Part shown: one piece after another, positions 33,244 through 37,531 of the stretch | Layout: the number at the start of each line of letters is the position of its first letter | Position numbering within the stretch: the first letter of the stretch is position 1 | Source: Planctomycetota bacterium | GTDB taxonomy: Bacteria; Planctomycetota; Phycisphaerae; UBA1845; CAIVHJ01 | NCBI GenBank assembly: GCA_022573485.1 | Contig: JACZTW010000002.1 | Coordinates: forward strand, 1-37,531 | DNA: 37,531 bases | Direction of reading: 5' to 3' | Notes under the pieces: model-generated | Seen by the model: the letters and a program-made list of their open reading frames with translations, nothing else | Databases searched by the model: none | What the model was told of the DNA's origin: nothing | Position numbers and translations under genes: made by a program

Positions 33244-34491
33244 GTCCTGCACGGGCAGCGTGAGCGTCGCGCAGGTTCCGCCCTGAGGTTGCGGGTGCAG
33301 TTCCAGAGCGCCGCCCAGCGACTGGGCGATCCCGTAGGAGATCGACAATCCCAACCCTGTTCCTTCGTTGGGACTCTTGGTCGTGAAGAACGGCTCGAAG
33401 ACGCGCTCGACGTGTTGGGGATCAATCCCGCCGCCGCTGTCCCGTACTTGTACGACCACCTGATCTGCGCCGGACCGGCATGCCGTGATCGATATCTTGC
33501 CCTGATGCTGTAGGGCGTCGGCGGCGTTGATCAGCAGATTCACGAGGATCTGCTGGATGCCGTGCGGATCGGAGAGCACGGTCGGCAAATTCGTGCCGGG
33601 CTCGAAGGACACTTCCACGGACTTCATTCTCCGCAGGGACCGCGTGAATTGAATGGCCTCCTCCACGGTCTCATTCAGGTCGACTGGTACCAGGCGAGGT
33701 TCAGAGGGACGAGAGAATCGCAGCAGCGACTCCACAATTCGGCTACAGCGCTGCACTTGCCGGCCGACGTCATCCAGGCAGGACAGGATCTCCTTTTCAT
33801 CTGCGATGGTTTGATCGGGCATCGTGATCAGATCCCGCGCCAACCCGATTTGACTTTGGATCGAAGCCATAGGGTTGTTGATCTCGTGGGCCACGCCGGC
33901 GGCCAATTCGCCGACGGCGGCCAGTTTCTGGCTGTGCCGGAGTTTCTGTTCGAGTTCTTTCCGTTGCGTCAAGTCCCGCCCAATGCTGACCAGTGCGGGG
34001 GCGTGCCCGCGAAATTCATCCAACCGAAACAGGCTGACCAAATGAAAGCGTTGACCCTCACCGTTGCCGGGCACACTCAGTTCGCCGTTCCACGGCTGGC
34101 CGCTCATCACACCCTCGATGGCCTCCGCCATACGGTTCTTTGATAATCCGATTGCTTCGAACTGTTCGGCGTGCGTCATGCGATCATCAATGCCGTAGGT
34201 CTGTCGAGCGGCTGCGTTGGCATAGAGGATTTGGCCGGCTTGATCGCAAATGACGACGGCATCCATGGCGTGATTCACGACGTCAGCCAGTTGGCGGGTC
34301 TCCTTTTTCTTGTATTCCAGCGCGTCGTCCCAGTTGATCACGACATAGAACAACAGGCTGATAATCACCGCTGTGCTGAGCCCGCCGATGAGCACGTCCA
34401 TCCGAAAGGACTGCACCCACAGGCCCACGGCGCCCGCGGCGAGAATGATGAACGTGATGATCGGCAGAACTCGTTTGACTGTCTTGATCAT
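33235..34491 (-). CDS. membrane PAS sensor histidine kinase (NtrB/AtoS-like HisKA + HATPase_c)
   Basis: Start moved to ATG 34491 (MIKTVKRVLPIITFIILAAGAVGLWV...); the 46-codon N-terminal extension in the track runs through a repeat element. Two TM segments, PAS (VVICDQAGQILYANAAARQTYG), H-box VAHEINNPMASI, N-box LLINAADAL, G-boxes VRDSGGGI and GTGLGLSISYGIA. Confidence 0.9.
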   Translation of the reverse strand: MIKTVKRVLPIITFIILAAGAVGLWVQSFRMDVLIGGLSTAVIISLLFYVVINWDDALEYKKKETRQLADVVNHAMDAVVICDQAGQILYANAAARQTYGIDDRMTHAEQFEAIGLSKNRMAEAIEGVMSGQPWNGELSVPGNGEGQRFHLVSLFRLDEFRGHAPALVSIGRDLTQRKELEQKLRHSQKLAAVGELAAGVAHEINNPMASIQSQIGLARDLITMPDQTIADEKEILSCLDDVGRQVQRCSRIVESLLRFSRPSEPRLVPVDLNETVEEAIQFTRSLRRMKSVEVSFEPGTNLPTVLSDPHGIQQILVNLLINAADALQHQGKISITACRSGADQVVVQVRDSGGGIDPQHVERVFEPFFTTKSPNEGTGLGLSISYGIAQSLGGALELHPQPQGGTCATLTLPVQDGV

Positions 34492-34520
34492 GTCGCAATC
34501 CGTATCGGCCCGGGCTTGCT

Positions 34521-34595
34521 GAGGACTGAGTGCTGAGAACCTGCTATCAACGTCGTCCTCAGTCCTCAGTCCTCGTTCCCTCCCGCGGCGGCCTC
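34521..34595 (-). repeat. heptamer-armed repeat element, copy B (inverted relative to copy A)
   Basis: Read on the minus strand: GCCGCCGCGGGAGGGAAC-(GAGGACT)x2-GAGGACG-ACGTTGATAGCAGGTTCTCAG-CACTCAG-TCCTCAG. It has the same core as copy A with fewer heptamers in both arms. Confidence 0.9.
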
Positions 34596-35208
34596 GATGG
34601 ATGATTGGTGGACCGATTGAACTATACATTTTTCGCCGCCGGCCGGCGGGCGGGTGAGACCATCATGGACCTGATCGAGACAGATGATCACCAACGGTGT
34701 ACCGGACCGAGACACGCTTGCGGCGGGGTCCAGGCGGCGTCGATGCCTTTATGTTGGTTTGTGTCACGCCAAATAAAGAAATACCGGACCACCACGAACG
34801 GCACGCCGAGTGCTTGGGATCATGCGGCTACCCGCGGGTTGGCCCGGCGCAGGCCGCCGCAAAATTCTTGGATTTGAAGCGATTGCGATTTGCATCGACC
34901 AATGCCTCATCGCGATTTGAGAATCCGCCAACAATGAAGTGCGGGTTGTTTCTGATGTTCGTTCATGTTTGCTCCCCTGCGAGAAGCCCATCCCGGCGGC
35001 TGTCGTACCACCGGGTTGGGCTTCTCGCTGCGCCATACAAACGGTCTGCTGCGGTGGATCCACGCCGCGCCCCATCTCCGCCGCCCGGAACATAACACCG
35101 TGCTTGCCATGAACTAATGTCATCCGCCGGCGCTTTAATGCGTCACGGTTTCCCCTTCATGATTGACACTCCAGCACATTCACAGGATAATGATCTACCG
35201 ACCGAGTA

Positions 35209-36351
35209 ATGGCGATTGAAGTCCTGAACGTCACGTCTGAGCAAAACCAGAGGGAGTCTGTTCGCAAGGCGGGAGAGGTGCTTCGCTCAGGCGGTCTGGT
35301 GGTCTTGCCGACCGAGACCGTCTACGGCATCGCTGCTTCGGCTGACAACAGCGACGCCGTCGCGCGATTGAGAGCGCTGAAGGGCCAACGCAGTCACGAG
35401 CCTTTCACGGTCCACATCGGCAGGCGCAGCGAGGCCGAGAGGTTTCTTAATCGGACCTCGGGATTTGAACGCCGGCTGATCGCCCGAGGCTGGCCTGGCC
35501 CGTTGACCCTGGTCTTCGACGTGCCGGACCCCGGCCGATCGCCGATCATGGAAGGCCGAGACGCCGCTTTCATCAGCAGGGTCTATTATTCCGACCCGGC
35601 AGGCGGCGGCACGACGATTGGATTGCGGTATCCGGATTGCCCGGTGACCTGTGACACGATCAATCAGTCGGAATGCGTGGTCGTGGCATCGAGTGCCAAC
35701 AGGTCGGGTCAGCCGCCGCCGACCGACGCTGAAGGCGTGCTGGCCCAATTGGCAGATGACGTGGACTTGCTGCTGGACGGCGGGCCCACCAAGTACGGCG
35801 GCGCTTCGACGATCGCGCGGGTGCGTGATCATCGGACCGAGATCATTCGGCAGGGCGTGCTCGAAGAGAGGACTCTTCGAAAATTGGCGACGACCAACAT
35901 CCTTTTGGTGTGCACGGGTAATACATGTCGCAGCCCGATGGCGGCGGGCCTCTTGAAGGCCTTGCTGGCCGAAGCGCTGGGCATCGAAGTGTCGGAACTG
36001 GAGAACAACGGTTACAGGACGTCGGCGGCGGGCACCGCAACCGTCAGCGGTTTGCCGGCGACTTCGGAAGCGATCGCCGCGATGAAAGAGAAAGGCATCG
36101 ATATTTCCGACCACCGCTCGACAGCCCTCACGCATGAGATGGTCGAGCAGGCCCAGGTGATTCTGACCATGACGCGCGGGCATCGCGCAGCCGTGTTGCG
36201 TCTGGGTTCCGGCAACGACGAGCGCTGTCATTTGGTCAGCGAGGACCGGGACATCGCAGATCCCATCGGCGGCGATCTCGCGGTCTACAAATCTTGTCGT
36301 GATCAGATCGAGGAGGGTTTAAGGGCCAGATTGAGGGAGGTGATCCTATGA
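35209..36351 (+). CDS. tsaC: L-threonylcarbamoyladenylate synthase (YrdC/TsaC domain) fused to a low-molecular-weight phosphotyrosine/phosphoarginine phosphatase domain
   Basis: N-terminal: AGEVLRSGGLVVLPTETVYGIAASADNSDAVARLRALKGQRSHEPFTVHIG (YrdC fold motifs) through ...GGASTIARV. C-terminal ~150 aa: ILLVCTGNTCRSPMAAG (C-X5-R-S P-loop) and DIADPIGG (general-acid Asp). Confidence 0.88.
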   Translation: MAIEVLNVTSEQNQRESVRKAGEVLRSGGLVVLPTETVYGIAASADNSDAVARLRALKGQRSHEPFTVHIGRRSEAERFLNRTSGFERRLIARGWPGPLTLVFDVPDPGRSPIMEGRDAAFISRVYYSDPAGGGTTIGLRYPDCPVTCDTINQSECVVVASSANRSGQPPPTDAEGVLAQLADDVDLLLDGGPTKYGGASTIARVRDHRTEIIRQGVLEERTLRKLATTNILLVCTGNTCRSPMAAGLLKALLAEALGIEVSELENNGYRTSAAGTATVSGLPATSEAIAAMKEKGIDISDHRSTALTHEMVEQAQVILTMTRGHRAAVLRLGSGNDERCHLVSEDRDIADPIGGDLAVYKSCRDQIEEGLRARLREVIL

Positions 36352-36803
36352 ACGTGGCGCTCGGCAGCGATCATCGAGGCTATGCTGCGAAAAAACGCAT
36401 CCAGGCGTTTCTTGAATCGCGTGGGCACGACGTCGCCGATTTCGGCTGCGACAGTGTGGAGAGCTGCGACTATCCCGATGCAGCCTTCCCGGCAGCTCAG
36501 GCGGTGGCCCAGGGCACTGCGGAGCGGGCCATCCTGTGTTGCGGCTCGGGCATCGGCATGTCTATTACCGCCAACAAGGTACACGGCGTTCGCGCATCAC
36601 TCTGCCACGACGCAGTGACAGCCGAAATGGCCCGGCGGCACAACGATGCCAATGTGCTCTGCCTGCCCGCGGACTTGATCAGCGAGTCGGTCATCGAGCA
36701 TGTCGTGGACGTCTGGTTGCAAACACCCTTCGACGCCGGCCGACACGAGCGCCGCATCGACAAGATCACCGCCTACGAAAACAACGGCCACCCCGACGCA
36801 TAA
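36348..36803 (+). CDS. rpiB: ribose-5-phosphate isomerase B
   Basis: MNVALGSDHRGYAAKKRIQAFLESRGHDVADFG..., ILCCGSGIGMSITANK (catalytic Cys region), RRHNDANVLCL. ATGA overlap with the upstream gene. Confidence 0.93.
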   Translation: MNVALGSDHRGYAAKKRIQAFLESRGHDVADFGCDSVESCDYPDAAFPAAQAVAQGTAERAILCCGSGIGMSITANKVHGVRASLCHDAVTAEMARRHNDANVLCLPADLISESVIEHVVDVWLQTPFDAGRHERRIDKITAYENNGHPDA

Positions 36804-37176
36804 GTCTCTATCGTGTGCGGCGTTTCCGTCCCCGTGGTGTAGTCTTTAGGCCTCCCACGGCATCACCGCCCGCCCCAGCAACCTCATCGCCAAAGTCGCC
36901 CACATCCTAAAATGGTTCAACACCCACGGCGGAAAGCAATCCCCCGCCCCGGACGAGCAGGCAGCAATCAAGACCTCGCCGTGAACCGCTTCCTGTGGCA
37001 CCGATGTGCCACTGGCGGCTCTTCCGCCAGTGTCCAGTGTGCGGTGGGTCGGCACTGGCAGCCAAGCTGCCCGTGGCACTCCAGCGCAATCGCGGGAGTT
37101 CTTCAGGCGCAGGGTGTCTCTGGCAGACCAGCCATAGGCGTGGTATGGTGACGGGAAACCAAAAGGAAAGTGGGGA

Positions 37177-37531
37177 ATGACTAGAAGAACAGCGCGAACA
37201 AAGAAGCCAGCTTCATCGCCGAGGAGGCCTAAAAAGGCCAACAGGAAGAGCATCGACCCCGTTATCGCAAGCCGGTTGAAAGAAACTCCAGAACAGCAAC
37301 TAGTAGTAGGGCCCCTTGTCCAATATCTCGCCGATCAAGGGTGGGATCTCGAACAGATGATCTATGGCAAAGCAGAATGGTTCGTCCCCAAAACTCCCTC
37401 CGAACAGACCAAGCGTGAGAAGGGGAGATCGTACAATGGGTTTCCTGTCGATATCGCCGTATTTGACAGCGCGAAGACGGTTAGTGATCCGAGCCACCTT
37501 CTTTTCCTCATCGAATGCAAACAGCCCGACG
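37177..37531 (+). CDS. type I restriction enzyme HsdR N-terminal-like (PD-(D/E)xK nuclease fold) domain protein, 5' part only (runs off the right edge)
   Basis: Absent from the ORF track (no stop in the window). ATG 37177 follows AAAAGGAAAGTGGGG. Translation is MTRRTARTKKPASSPRRPKKANRKS...GPLVQYLADQGWDLEQMIYGKAEWFVPKTPSEQTKREKGRSYNGFPVDIAVFDSAKTVSDPSHLLFLIECKQPD. The D-(x)n-E-C-K arrangement and surrounding pattern resemble the HsdR_N-type domain. Visibly lower GC than the neighbouring rpiB. Confidence 0.6.
   Translation, partial: MTRRTARTKKPASSPRRPKKANRKSIDPVIASRLKETPEQQLVVGPLVQYLADQGWDLEQMIYGKAEWFVPKTPSEQTKREKGRSYNGFPVDIAVFDSAKTVSDPSHLLFLIECKQPD

Noticed and set aside
34492-34629. 46-codon N-terminal extension of the PAS kinase ORF; similar long N-terminal extensions at 28081-28464, 19533-19613, 14088-14132, 24261-24302 and 2426-2476
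   Set aside because: The extensions run through repeat elements or the upstream gene and lack RBSs. Internal starts give canonical N-termini (TM helix, receiver beta1, LpxA start, signal peptide, Met-Cys of the amidotransferase).
36826-36862. tRNA-like 5' fragment GTCCCCGTGGTGTAGTC..., considered as a possible tRNA gene or island attachment site next to the lower-GC right edge
   Set aside because: It cannot be folded into a cloverleaf; only a 6-bp CCGTGG/CCACGG stem forms. Island att sites normally duplicate tRNA 3' ends rather than 5' ends, and no matching direct repeat was seen in the window.
36846-37253. 135-aa minus-strand ORF and overlapping + ORFs in the rpiB-downstream gap, considered as transposase remnants
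   Set aside because: No DDE, HTH or zinc-ribbon transposase motifs were recognisable in any frame. The ORF overlaps the well-signalled start of the HsdR-N-like gene.

Overview
High-GC chromosomal segment (roughly 60-65 % GC by eye, not computed) from a diderm bacterium. Acidic or Pro-rich tails on ribosomal proteins and SSB, a fused lpxC-fabZ, many orphan receiver proteins and dense structured intergenic repeats suggest Planctomycetota/PVC; this is inference only. Most of the window is conserved housekeeping in classical gene orders: asnB, an FHA protein, a secreted S9 peptidase, tRNA-Gln, glmU-like-prs-ctc-pth, rpsF-ssb-rplI-dnaB, bamA-skp-lpxD-lpxC/fabZ-lpxA plus an oxidoreductase, a SurA-like PPIase, an aminotransferase/acetyltransferase/oxidoreductase amino-sugar trio, and a tsaC::LMW-phosphatase fusion followed by rpiB. 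The non-ordinary parts are as follows. (1) A low-GC, inverted-repeat-bounded ~1-kb cassette with a translationally coupled toxin-antitoxin-like gene pair sits between dnaB and bamA. (2) A 7-gene signalling locus (26.4-34.5 kb) holds 3 histidine kinases, 6 receiver domains and no recognisable output domain, plus a Cys-rich protein of unknown family. (3) Both convergent genes at the end of that locus are preceded by the same heptamer-repeat element at an identical 34-nt distance from the ATG. (4) The slot where rpsR normally sits is filled by a nest of hairpin repeats. (5) Several REP/MITE-like repeat families are present. (6) Both window edges are lower-GC and carry truncated genes: a membrane-anchored protein on the left and a PD-(D/E)xK HsdR-N-like protein on the right. 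No CRISPR array, rRNA, transposase or integrase was recognised. All family assignments come from reading motifs by eye and need HMM or BLAST confirmation.
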